64,000 bases of DNA from Pocillopora damicornis (Eukaryota). Numbering within the stretch: the stretch's first letter is position 1; every line of letters begins with the position of its first letter. The stretch covers positions 62,001 through 126,000 of the forward strand of contig NW_020843420.1 of assembly GCF_003704095.1 (NCBI RefSeq), given 5' to 3'. The notes below the pieces were generated by a model that worked only from the letters and a program-made list of their open reading frames with translations, did not search any database and was not told the DNA's origin. Shown one piece after another: positions 46,701 to 57,820 of the stretch. The translations under genes were made by a program, and so were the position numbers.

Positions 46701-49131
46701 CTGGTTGCCACTGTACCTTATTTTAAACTCTCCTGTCAATGATCCCTCATTTGTTATATAAATTTCACGCATTAAGACTTTACCATCAGCTACTGTCACA
46801 CCAAAATCTGCTGGACCACTCAGTTCCAGCTGTGGACCAGGTGTATATCTATGATCGATAGTAAATTAATACCCTGTCAGCAATAGGAAGTCACACTCAA
46901 CCTACTGCAACAATGAAAATTCACATAAAAGTTCCAAGTCTCTACTGTGGGAAACAGTAACCTTAATTACGTGTGACACCAAAATATAAAAAATACACTT
47001 TGAAATATGTAATATTAGTTTGGTTCAGCTTTTTAAGTTCAATAAAGGACACTCTACTGTAAACACTAATGATTACATATCATTTAGTCACAGGCAATCA
47101 AGGAAAAGTCATCAGTTTAAACTCTATAAACCATTTCGCCATACATATATCTTTAAGTATTCTTTTTGGCACAGATATATTGACACAATTGTAACAGTTT
47201 ACTGTCATCAGTAGTTGAACTTGACTCGATAAATACTTTTAAGAAAGCTCTAAAATCAACATTACTTAATAACTAGGCCTATAAGTATGAAATTATATCA
47301 TTCTATATATTATACATAATTTAATTATTCATCATTTCAACAGAATTATTATCTTAGATATATCTTCTTTACTTAGATTTTATACTTAGTACATAGATAT
47401 ATGCTTGTATGTAAAATGTTTCAGTGGGTATATTTATATTGCATAGTAATATATAGATTTAGCCAAGCCTAAAAGCGGAGCTTGCATTTTTTTTTTCCCA
47501 CACAACTTGTCCCGGCCAGGACTAGAACCCAGGTCGTCTGACTCGGAGCCCAGTGCACTGACCACTGGACTACTGAACAAAGCCATGGTGTTGGCGTGCC
47601 TGCGGTACAGTTGACCACGCATGTCAAAAGTAGCACCTTGTGCAGTTGTACGTTCGTATGGTCGTATAGTCGTACAGTCGTACATCCAAATTTTCTCGGC
47701 TTCATGGGTTACTACTACTTTGTATAATTATGGGGCTATGCTCTGTGAGCTCCGCTATTAAATATTTATATCTGGGGCATAGTTTATTATGAGGATTAAG
47801 TTCCTTCCTTCTATAAACCTTTTGAATAATAATAATATATTATATATGTTATTATTTAAATAAAGTTGTTATAAAAAATAAAAAGTACTTTGAGAAAAAG
47901 TGTGATGCACTGGTATGTACCATCGAATGAGCTAAAAAGAAGGGGTGCTTAGTTTAAGGAGGGCACTTGATCGATGGGAGGTGCTTATATAGTTAGCAGA
48001 GCTATAGGACAAAGATTAAAAGAACAGTCACTGCACAAAAAGGAACTCTGCAAGCACATGGAGAGAGAAATAATTGGGATGGAAAAGAAACTATTCATCT
48101 GCACTGTTTGAAGTTTAATAGTTGTAAATTATGTGGCAATAGAAACAGGTTTTCCTTGCATCCCTACTACTTAAAATAGTGAGGGAGGAGGGGACACTTA
48201 TTTGTAGGGGAGGTACTTGTTTGACATTGTGGCCTCAGGGCTGGGCACTTATACAAGGAGAGGGCACTAATTTGGGGAAGGGTGCTTATTAGGGTGTGGG
48301 TGCTTATTTTAAGAAATATACAATTTGTCACTCTCAGAATAGCACCTACATCATCAGTGGTCCTAAAGTCATTTCTTTCCATAAATTAACAAATTAAAAT
48401 GTGCATACTAATCTTGATGAAATACTCACGCAACAAGAGGAATCTCCACAACATCATTATCAACCACTAGTATAACTCTGTCCTGTGCATCTTCACCTTT
48501 AGTAGTGTAGTATTCAACCAAAGCTGATACTTCTAGCCCTGGTGCAATGGCATGGTCTGGATTCCTTACTTTTAATCTGAAACTCTTTTAAATGATAAAA
48601 GAGAGACAATAATGAACGATCAGTTCCATATCGGTGATGATGACAACCGTAAAAATTATCAAAAATCAGTTGTACCCTCATCGTCGTCATTATTTACAAG
48701 GATGATAAGAATTATGTTTGAACCTATATTTAGATGAGCCATTATTTTCAATACTATCCCCTCACCTTCCGCGGATGGAAAAACTGACCAGAAAGAAATG
48801 CACCATGTGATTTAACCTTAAATGTAAGCTGCTACCAAAACGACAAAACAAGTTCTGAAAAGTACCACAATCTACATTTCGTACACAAAATTGCGCTTTA
48901 TTATTGCCTCAAAATGAATATCTAGTTTTTGCAAAAATTTTCCTCTCGTCTCTATTATCCAAAATTTGACCAGTCTCTTACATTTGACGCAGGCCCGTGA
49001 AATCGGAGGCTCTTCGATGTCTTGCTCAAGTTTTGAACTGTCAGTGTCATCTGGTGAACAACGTCCGACTCAGCATCGAAAAATTCCACCACAGGGGGGA
49101 CAATTCGTACTCCTGCCACAGTTCCCTCCAT
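22777..49131 (-). CDS. CFAP47: Cilia- and flagella-associated protein 47 (tandem ASH/PapD-like Ig folds plus a CH domain); about 54 coding exons
   Basis: Starts at 48982-49131 (MEGTVAGVRIVPPVVEFFDAE...LTVQNLSK) and ends at 22777-22989 (TSDMQWTYDVIGT...stop). Internal exons give IAPGLEVSA, HPNDRATSVRP, RYTYVDPDYAFTEEE, IDCRELRQTSPLSQVIPP, YELPVTATADNCLFSCYPFLA, SNVYSVGERILLAWINHHY and VNFDVDFMDGLVLATLV (CH), GNTLVFTL, GEFWYNLML, and PEFTVAPTSGELTPAGTEGTLIKVSYKP. The junctions I checked are GT-AG with consistent phases. The name comes from recalled family motifs and size. Confidence 0.92.
30995..31285 (+). mobile_element. Repeat with a degenerate tRNA-like core flanked by inverted repeats (CFAP47 intron)
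   Basis: A-box-like gtagctcagttggtagagc at 31099 and a decayed B-box ggtttcatatc. Flanks about 30995-31042 and about 31190-31238 are imperfect reverse complements. Confidence 0.7.
31610..31672. repeat. (AAT)n microsatellite
   Basis: Imperfect taataa/taacaa run. Confidence 0.85.
31710..32032. mobile_element. Degenerate element with inverted ends, possibly Penelope-like derived
   Basis: gtatgatcatccggatgaaagtgtttcagaaaagtggagttgtt (about 31715) is an imperfect reverse complement of acaacagttcatttcatgaatatcctcattcggaagattatac (about 31986-32028). The family assignment is from memory only. Confidence 0.4.
41590..42887. repeat. Pair of inverted ~90 bp repeat copies about 1.1 kb apart in one CFAP47 intron
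   Basis: 41590-41680 (aatgaatgagttgccagtaattggatccttgtg...ggcaaacattgtaactc) is the near reverse complement of about 42797-42887 (gagttacaatgtttgccc...cacaaggatccaattactggcaactcattcatt). Confidence 0.85.
47438..47760 (-). mobile_element. tRNA-derived interspersed repeat in CFAP47 intron 2
   Basis: Minus-strand tRNA-like core gtagtccagtggtcagtgcactgggctccgagtcagacgacctgggttctagtcctggccggga (about 47512-47574), an internal gtcgtac-type repeat, and short inverted ends agcggagct / agctccgct. Confidence 0.7.
47935..48312. repeat. Degenerate GGGGCRCTTATT-type subrepeat array (non-autonomous transposon remnant)
   Basis: Repeated gggtgctta/gggcactt units at 47940-47990 and 48180-48310; similar units at 44900-44970. 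Confidence 0.5.
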
Positions 49132-49814
49132 AGCTTATGGCTTGACTCAAATTCTATCGTATTTTCCAACTCATTATATACTCAAGACAGACAAATTTCT
49201 CCATTACAACTCATATTATCTTTAACTTTAATTAGCCGCCATTTCGATTAACACTACAGCTTTCGTTGCATAGAAACAAGCAGAAACCTGGGGAAATAAA
49301 ACACGAATTCTAATTGGTCATATTTTCCAATAAGAAGGTTTATCCAATCAGAATTCGTGTGTTACCCAGGTTCCCACGATCCTTTGTGAAATCCTACGGG
49401 CTCGTCGGAAATACCATAGCATTGCTAACCAGTAAACTCTGCGTGACTCAGTGCCTTGCAATATGCTTGTGGCGCCAAAGAATTCATATGAGAGGTACTT
49501 ATTCAAATTTTGCGATCAATCTTTGGACAAAAGTGACTTGCAACGAACGCACGGGTACTTGTGCACGCGGAAAACTACGTAGCACCAGTTAAAGCCACTT
49601 TTTGATCGTTTTTACGTGTGTTGCTCGACTTAGTGCTGACAAATATGTTTGTCGAGAAACTTTACACCAGCAAAAAGATACGTTTTGAGCGTTTGTTTTG
49701 TGCAAAGATGTGATACGATTACAAACGGAAGGGAATTATCCAGCGGATTTGAACAATAATTGTCTCTCAATGGGATGTCCACGTGGTCAGCAATTATAAA
49801 CAACCACCTGTTGC
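49132..49814. promoter_or_regulatory. Bidirectional promoter between CFAP47 and the coiled-coil gene, with an X-box-like (RFX) site and a YY1 motif
   Basis: Divergent ATGs at 49131 (-) and 49815 (+), CpG-rich. GTTGCATAGAAAC at 49265-49277 resembles an RFX X-box; GCCGCCATTT at about 49235-49244; CCAAT/ATTGG at about 49313-49350. Confidence 0.55.
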
Positions 49815-52800
49815 ATGATACGTGTGAATACATTAGTGCGGCCGGCTCTGGACATGAATGGGTCGCGAATGAATGAATGTTACAAACCAAACCAAGACAA
49901 CTATATCCTCGACTTTCTCGAACTCTCAGGTGAGTTCATGATAGGAAATTTAGTTGCAGTGTAAATTTCTTCGCCCGAAGCTTGTTGTTTGTCGGTTTAG
50001 ACGTTATTTTTCTTAAGATGGTTTTTCCCTGACTAAATGCTTTGTTGTACACGCTTGTAAAAGGTGTGTCGGTCAGGACGACTGTAAACTCGTTCTTGGC
50101 GACTTTAAACATAAACCTGAGCAAACAACATAAATCGTACGGGTATTATTTAATGTAAAAGTTACCTTTGAATTATGTAGTTGTGAAGTTTGAATCTACT
50201 AAGATTTGTTGGCTGTCTTGCAAGGCGTTTCATTTGCGGAAGTGGTGTGAGTTGTGTACAAGCTATCGGTAGATATTCATCGAGAGTATTTATATAGTCT
50301 GTTGCATTTGCCAGAAAGGAGGTTAACAGGGACTTCTTTTCTTTCTGTTTTCCTATCTCTAAGATTAACGTCAATTTTTCCTTGTCATCGTCCATGGGGT
50401 CGATGTTTCTTGCGGGTAATAATCTTTTCCCTTTTTTGACAGTCTGGTGAAACATAGTGCATTTAAATAATACTTTCTGTTCAAAATATTCCTTTTACTT
50501 TCTTTGTCGGCTCGATCTCTTTTGTTATCTGCGTTACTTGAAAAAACTTTCGCGCCACTGAAAGTCAAATTTATCTTGTTCCGCCACGAAAGTGAAAATG
50601 TGATTTGCACATTGCACTGCGGTTCACTTAATGTGATAATGGATCGTAATCCAGCACATCTGGAAGCCATAGCCGAAAAGTTTTCAGCCTTTTAGTGGAT
50701 AAGATCTCCCAATTTTGGGTAAACTCAGGCCAGACACGTTTCTTTTGACAGGTGCAATCTGGAATGTACATGCTTGGATAAAACACGAGGGGACAATGAG
50801 ACGAGACTTGAACCGATTTCATCAACATACATTTTCTGTCTCCCTCATCAAAGTAAGAGTTTGAGTAGAAAATTTATACTTAACACGTAAAATTTGTTTA
50901 TTTTTAGAACCAATGAGAACTTAAGTAAAGGATACTTGAAATGTTGTCAACATATGTATTAATTATCAACTGCCTTTCCTAAAATATTGATTAACATAAT
51001 TTTATAACTTAGCACATATCAAAGCAGAAAGTTTTTAACATAAGTTTGTTTCTTAGATAAGGAAATGTTCGATTTACTTTGCATGCAAAAAGGAAAGAGA
51101 GAACTTTATTTAAAATTTGATAAATCTAAGTTTAAGTTCAGGATACCTCTGTGAGCATGTTTTATTTTCAGTGCACACATTTTATTTAAAATGGTGCTAG
51201 CAATGCTTTCAGTATTTTTGGTGTGTTTTATTTGGTCCAATTTGGGTACAGTAATCTAGAATATATTTCTGCCTAGTGATTTAATGATCATGAGGCATGT
51301 TTCCTTCTTTCAGTTTACAGTTTTGAGAGTTTTCTTTTGTTGTCTTCATTCCTAAATTTTGACACCTGTTGAATGTAGCTACCTGAAACTGAGATACAAA
51401 AAGCAGCTTTCCAGAATGAATTTTTCCTCTTGTTTAGATAACTGCAGGGTTAAAGGCTCTTGCTACCTTTAGAGAGAGACTGAAACATGCAGTAAATTGG
51501 GTCAATTTTGATAAACAAAAAGCAGAGCTCCACCTAATACTGAATATTTACAAGAGGAAGTGCATATTGAGTTTCTGACTCCACATCAGCTCTTATTTCA
51601 AGGGGATGGATGAAAATATTAAAATTGTTCTGCAGTCTTGTGGTATACAGAGTATATGTATAGAGGAATATTTCTTGAAAGAAAATGGTGTTGTGTGGAC
51701 AAGTGAAGAAAATTTTGTTCAAACTATAATTTCTACAGTAATTTGCCCTTAAGTTAAGTAAAACTGTTCAGTCCTAAAATTAAAGACAGTGAATGCTTTA
51801 GTGCTACTAAGAAATGCTCTGTATTATAGAAAATTGAATTGTTTTAATGGTTCAATTTTGAATGATTTGGTTTTGTTTTGTTACAAAATGAAGCAACAGG
51901 TGGATGTTGCTAAAGTTTGTCATAAATTATGGAAGTATAAGAGACACACTTCAAAATGTGATAAGTGATATAAACTTCTCTGTCTTGAAATTTTCCCACA
52001 GTATAAAATCTATCATCGGACAAATAATTAATCCTGAGTGGTTTAGATGGAACATTAAAGAGTGAGCATGTGAACAAGAACAACATAAATTTGATAATCA
52101 TACTTCTATGGATGGCTAGGGTGAATTGATTTCTTTTATAGAGGGAGGGGAAGTTGAGAAATTCTTATCTATCCCAAAGCTCTCCTTCTAGATTATAAAA
52201 TAATAATGAAAATAATATTTTTATTTACTTTCAGAAAGTTAAAATATAACCCACAAAGAAGTGGTCATTGAAACTCAAATATGCTGAAAGATTATTATGT
52301 AAGTAAAAATATTACGATATTAATGATACCAACACTAATAATTATAATAATGATAAACTAAGATGATAAAGTCTTAGTTCAATACAAGATAGAAATTCAC
52401 ATTTTAAATTACAAAAGCTACAAAAGAAAAAGGAGGAAATGGGAAAAATATTGCATAACTTGTTAGTTCCTTTCAATGCTTTGTCAAGTAAACTGATGAA
52501 AAAGTGATTTATTGTTAATTAGGCAGCTTCTATGTTGAACAACAAAATTGTGTAAAACATTTTACTAGAGTCCCTTGATGAAACTGCCTCAATAAAAATA
52601 TAAAGATTTTAGCCTTTAAGTTTGTACTTAGTCCAAACATTTATATTTTTAAGCCTTCCTCTGGACTACACCTTTAGAACCAATGTTGTTAAAAAAAAAA
52701 TTAAATGTGTAAAGAAATTCTTGGATATTGGAAAAAGCCAGATTTACCTCCAGTTTCTCCATCAAGTTTCTTAAAGACCAAATTGATTCAATCACTGTGG

Positions 52801-55800
52801 TATTGGATTTGTTTGGAATAATTTTTTTTTCAGTCTGAACATGTTTGTGGGAAAAAAGGTGCACTTTAAAGTGAAAAATTTTTTTAATTATATATTTCTT
52901 GCCTGCAAAAAAGTGCAAAGGGCATTTGTGTGAGAGCATTAATCAAAGAGTAGTGTTGTTTGATTTGCCCACTCATGGGAAGGTTTGGTTTTTGTTTTTC
53001 TGTTTGTTTTGTTTTGTTTTATTTCTTTTTTTGGGGGGGGGAGGTTGAGATTGCTGGCTTAAATATATCTTGGGATCTCAAAAAGGTTCAAGCATTTACA
53101 TATGAAATTATAAACCATGCACCAGTTCCTGGAAGGATTAAGGTGAATGATAATAAAAAACAAAAAAGGTACAGGCATCTGACTGGCTGAAAAAAAGTGC
53201 ATTCTCATGTAACGCAAGTGCACAGTTGTAACACCGCAAGTGCAAAGTTGTAACATGAGTGCAAAGTTGTAACATGAATGCAAAGTTGTAACATGAGTGC
53301 AAAGTTGTAACATGAGTGCAAAGTTGTACCACAAGTGCAAATTACAAATAGCATGTGCATGCTTTCAAAATTGTGTATGTCTTGTCTTCTCTGAGATGTT
53401 TTTTCATCTAAATTATTAACAAGTAATACCATGACTTCTCTTGCAATTTAGGGTAAAAAACACAAGTCTTGTAAATTTTTCAAAGACGGACTTGTGCAAT
53501 TTTGTTGTCTTTGAAAAATTTACTTGTGCTTCTTAACACCAAATTGCACTTGAAATCATGTTTACTTATTACCTATAATTATAGTTCCAACAATTATTGA
53601 AGTTCATATGGAGTCTCCATGGAAACCCCTCATTAGAATGTTCAATTTTTACCAATTTATATTTGAGTTCACACTGTTAAATCATACATTTTGAATACTT
53701 TTCTTAATTTACATTGTTTTAATTTTACATTTTTAACTTCAAAAGATTGTCTATGGTTAGTTTTTAGTAATATGGCTAGTAAAAGTCAAAAGCTAGCAAC
53801 AACATCAGTATATAATGAACAATATTAAAATTAAATTTCAGAGTTTTCACTGGCTCAGCCATCATGGGTTATGAGCCATTACACTATGCATGCATGCGCA
53901 TGACGACGAGTTAAGTGTTTTTGCACACTAACATTACTAAGTGAATAGTGAAAGATAACAGACATGGTTTGATGCTACTCTGGTTTAAAGATTTAATGAA
54001 TGTTACTGAGAAGTTACAATTCATAGACTCAACGTTTGGACACTCCTGTCTAGTGCCTTCATCAGGGGTGATCTAAACGCTGCAACAAGTGGTCCTTTTA
54101 TACGCTCACTAATTAGCTGCCTTTTTTCTGACGAGGTATAAATAGGCGTCAGGAAGTAAGCCGCCATCATCACGATTTAAAGGAGCGTGGGCGGAGTTAA
54201 TATGCTAGTTTCCTGCGAATTTGTTTGGAAGCCTGGCATATTAACTCCTACCACGCTCCTTTAAATCATGATGATGGCGGCTTACTTCCTGACGCCTATA
54301 TAAACCTCGTCAGAAAAAATGCAGCTAATAAGTGAGCGTATACTAACTTCGCGGTGACATTCATTAAATCTTTAAACCAGAGTAGCATCAAACCATGTCT
54401 CGTTCTCCACCTGGTTGCCATGTGAACTTTAAGATGTTTTAAAGAGAAAGATATTTTTCGTCTTGTCCTGAACATGAAAATGAACTTCGTAATAGACCTC
54501 GCTTACTGTAGAGTCTCTGTGGCTCAGTGGTAAAGCATCGGAGCGCGGAATCCGAAGGTCCGAGGCTCGATTCCTCATGGGGACTCAGAATTTTTTCTTC
54601 GTCCCATGCTCGTGACAAGACGAAAAATATCTTTCACTATTTCTTACCGAGCTCAAAACTTACCATCTTTCTTATTCTATTTATTACTTAGTAAAGTTGG
54701 GAAGATTTATCAATATTTTAGGGGGTTATCACAAAACATTTTTCCCCTTGCGTTTGTTGGATATGAGATGAAATCGGCCCGTTTTATCTCATATCCGAAG
54801 TGTGCTTGTTGAATAATTGAGAAACATACTGTTGAATATTATTTCTATCATGCTGTAGATAGTACAGCATACTAGTATGGCGTAACATGGAGTCTTACCG
54901 ACCACTACTGTGTGGTGTTGATTGCAATTTAGGGCCTAGGAATGTTTAATTTGTGTTTGTTTTAGTTTGAAGATTTGGAGGTGTTGTCCCACACGGCTCG
55001 TGAAGTGTGGTTAGCAGAACAGTGCTCAGCCTTTGAAACACAAATACAGAAATTGTCACGTGAAAGAGAAAAGGACCATTTTCTTGAGGAGCTCTATCGC
55101 AAGCTGAAACAAGTGACGCGCCGTTGGCAGTTGTGGAATCATAAATCTTTTGGAGGTGTTACTTCCAGGGGGTTTGTTACGCTTTTCTTTGACATAATTT
55201 TTTTCATTTTATTTTATACTAAAATGAAGAGATACTTAAATCAGAGGAAGTTGCATCGTCATTAAAATTGGCACATACTTGTTTCGACAGCTTCTGTGAC
55301 CTCCTCAAAAACTACTTTGTATATCATAAGTGTGATTGCGCTCATTTTCCTATTTCTTTATTGATTTCCTTGTTCTTTCTTTTGATTGGTCTGTGATTGT
55401 GTATGATGTCATTTGACAGATATGTGTCTGAGTTGGCCTCTTGGGAGAGGAATGTTCAACTTCGTGGAGTGTTGGTACCTAAAAGTCAATCAAATTTACG
55501 CGACTCCAACGTGCTTCCACGGTTTGATGAACTCTGCGTTCATTTCGAGAATCTCCTCGAAAGTTTCAAACAAGGCATCTATCAGCCACTTTCTGACTTT
55601 TTTCAAAATGAAAAAGTACTTTGTCATCTTAAAAGTGTTCCCAGAGACTTAGAGAAACTTTTGAATCAATGGCATCTTCTTCTTACGTCTGGTGTTATCG
55701 ACGAGAGGTTATTCAGCCCGACTAGTGCCGAAGGACTTTACCCTATAGGAATACGAAACCGATTACACGACTTTGATCTCGTGTTACGACTTATTCCCGA

Positions 55801-57820
55801 CCTAACAGAAAAAGCTTACGAAGCATTGCGACTCGCCCGTCGGTGGAGGTTGATTGGAAAGACCTCTGCTGTCCAGCGAGATGAAACTTACATTATTTCT
55901 AGAGAACAGACAGCTAGGCTGCAAAAGCGTCGCACATCCAAAAGATTGAAAAAAGTGAATACTTTGGAAGAGGAAGTAGAGCAGTCTAAAGCGCAGTGCC
56001 TCTCTCTTGAAGAGGAACTTAACAAGTCCAATACTAAATATCAGGAAATTGAGAAAGTGGTCACTGCTTACCGACAGCAATGCAATCAGCTGGAAAACGA
56101 GCTTGATGTCGTGAAAAGAAGATGTGAATCGCTGAAAGAAAAGCTAGAAAACTCCAAAAAAGAAAAGCGAAGCACGGGTAATGAGATAGAGAGCTCTCAG
56201 GAGCATTGTCGTGTCTTACAACAAGAACTAAACACTGCTAGACTCAAGTATTGTACACAGAAAGTGAAATTTATTAATACCAAGAAACGATGCGTTCAAC
56301 TGACAAATCAACTGAATGCAACCCGAGAACAGATGACACAACTGGAATGTGAACTAGAGGCGAGGAAGAAACAGTGCCAGGCACTACAAGTTAAACTGGA
56401 AAATTCCAAGAAAAACATTTTTACTCAAGGTAACATGCTGGATGTACTACAGAACCAGTGTTACATGCTAAAAGAAGAGTTAGACGGAACAAAATCCAAG
56501 TGTTTAAAGTTAACATGTGAACTGGAGAAATCTCAGGACAGATGTTCTACTCTGGAGAGAAACATGAACGGGTTAAAAGAGCAGTTCCAAACTCTAGAGA
56601 TCGAGCTTAGGAGAGCAAAGACACGAGAAGAACTGTTAGTTCAACAGAATACACAGTTAAGAAAACTCTTTCAAGGTTTGTGTCAAGGAAGGGTGGTTAC
56701 TTTAATTTGTCTTAGTGATTTATTAATCAACATATTAGCTTCTCTCTTTGTCGTCACTGTCCATTGTGCTAAGTACAGAACCTGACGGTAATAAGGTCCC
56801 TACAGGCCGGCAGATGTTGCAGCTCTTTGTGACTTTTGTGGCTTCTCTCAGTTCAGACGCTCTACTCAGGTTCTTTCCTTAGAATCCGTTTTCCTTATGC
56901 TCCTCACGGGTTCAGGCGAGGGCAAACCTGTTATTATAACAACGGAAATTATTAACATTTACCTTACTTCACCTTACCTAACCTAACCTAACCACCATGA
57001 TCATCATGCATAAGTAAAACATGTTGATGGTGAAATGAAACAACATATTTACATGACACACAGTGAGGTTACGAACCTCAGTTTAGTGGTCAGAAGTCAA
57101 ACTTGGTCATCTCTGAGGTATTCATAGTTAATAGTCATCCATTTGATGAGTTGGGAAAATTACCCTTAGATGATGCAAACATGGAAGCGAAAAAATAATG
57201 ATAAAAATTTGTCACGAACATTTATTTCTGTGTTTTATAAGGCGTTTACAGGTACTGCTGTGAAATACGTCATGGATATCGTTACATGTAAGGTAAATCA
57301 ATGCCTCTATGAGACTGCAAAGCCAGATGAATGAAGCTAATGAAAGTGAATCATGATTTTACTCTTTATAGATAACGGATTACAAGAACCTAGCTTGTTA
57401 AAGGTCAATTTACACACACCAGACACAGGTACATGGATGTATTTCACATTTCATATATACTTCTGAGATTATAGTACTGACGAAGTTATAGTCCTGCTAT
57501 GGTTAGTGTCCTGCTGAGGTTATAGTACTGATGAGGTTATAGTACTGATGAGGTTATAGTACCGCTGAAAGTATAGTCCTGATGAGGTTATAGTACTGCT
57601 GAGGTTTTTGTACTGCTGATTTTTTTAAGTCCTGCAGAGGTTATATCACTCCAAGGTGAAATATGATGATTATGACCTCTACTCAGGGTGGGTGGATGTG
57701 CATGTTTGTTTGTTAGTCATCCTTTACCTCACCTTGTTTGCAGGGCTGTGTACAATAGAGCAGGTACTAAGACATTAAATGTATTTGTTTCTATGTATGT
57801 TTTTTTCAGGCCCCACCTGA
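49815..57820 (+). CDS. Uncharacterised protein: helical N-terminal region plus long Cys-containing coiled coil (about 580 aa)
   Basis: Predicted exons 49815-49929 (first ATG 49815, alternative 49854), 50752-50852, 54966-55171, 55420-56675, 57372-57428 and 57810-57820 (TGA). GT-AG with phases 1,0,2,1,1 consistent; AATAAA at about 57888. The 55420-56675 exon is firm (462-aa ORF); the small terminal exons are less certain. Confidence 0.75.
53205..53342. repeat. 19-bp minisatellite (agtgcaaagttgtaacatg), about 7 copies
   Basis: Directly visible tandem units with no spacers. Confidence 0.92.
53422..53565. mobile_element. Palindromic MITE-like element
   Basis: catgacttctcttgcaatttagggtaaaaaacacaagt...aaatttttcaaagac mirrors gtctttgaaaaatttacttgtg...caaattgcacttgaaatcatg. 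Confidence 0.6.
53958..54445. mobile_element. 488-bp foldback insertion with an 8-bp target-site duplication and a degenerate hammerhead motif (Penelope-like inverted pLTR)
   Basis: gaaagata flanks the insert at 53950-53957 and 54446-54453. Inverted arms are about 53960-54017 / 54344-54400 and about 54099-54213 / 54228-54342. The minus strand at about 54025-54075 reads CTGATGA-aggcact-agacagg-agtgtc-cAAACGTT. Confidence 0.75.
54446..54645 (+). mobile_element. Inverted-repeat element with a tRNA-like core; its left end is split by the 53958-54445 insertion
   Basis: Arms gaaagatatttttcgtcttgtc / gacaagacgaaaaatatctttcactat; the displaced left tip atagtgaaagata is at 53945-53957. Core gtggctcagtggtaaagcatcggagcgcggaatccgaaggtccgaggctcgattcctc at about 54518-54576. 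Confidence 0.75.
57467..57648. repeat. 17-bp minisatellite (gaggttatagtactgat), about 10 degenerate copies, intronic
   Basis: Directly visible tandem units. Confidence 0.9.

Noticed and set aside
49630-50828. Minus-strand ORFs (86-99 aa) as a separate gene
   Set aside because: No recognisable motifs, mostly non-ATG starts, and they are antisense to the phase-consistent exons and intron 1 of the plus-strand gene.
53205-53342. 19-bp repeats as a CRISPR array, or the overlapping repetitive ORFs as genes
   Set aside because: The units are contiguous with no unique spacers, the context is a eukaryotic intron with no cas genes, and the ORFs arise from the repeat period.
54518-54580. Functional tRNA gene (likewise 31099-31164 and 47512-47574)
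   Set aside because: The B-boxes are mutated or decayed, the cloverleaf stems are poor, and each core is embedded in a repeat element.
56676-56785. Hydrophobic C-terminal tail of the 462-aa ORF as a transmembrane anchor
   Set aside because: A good donor (CAAG|gtttgt) at 56675 and downstream in-phase exons suggest this is intron read-through. Intron retention cannot be excluded.
57467-57648. Repeated CTGATGAG with one GAAA as a hammerhead ribozyme array
   Set aside because: CTGATGA is simply part of the 17-bp unit, and no correctly placed stem II/GAAA/stem III can be built.
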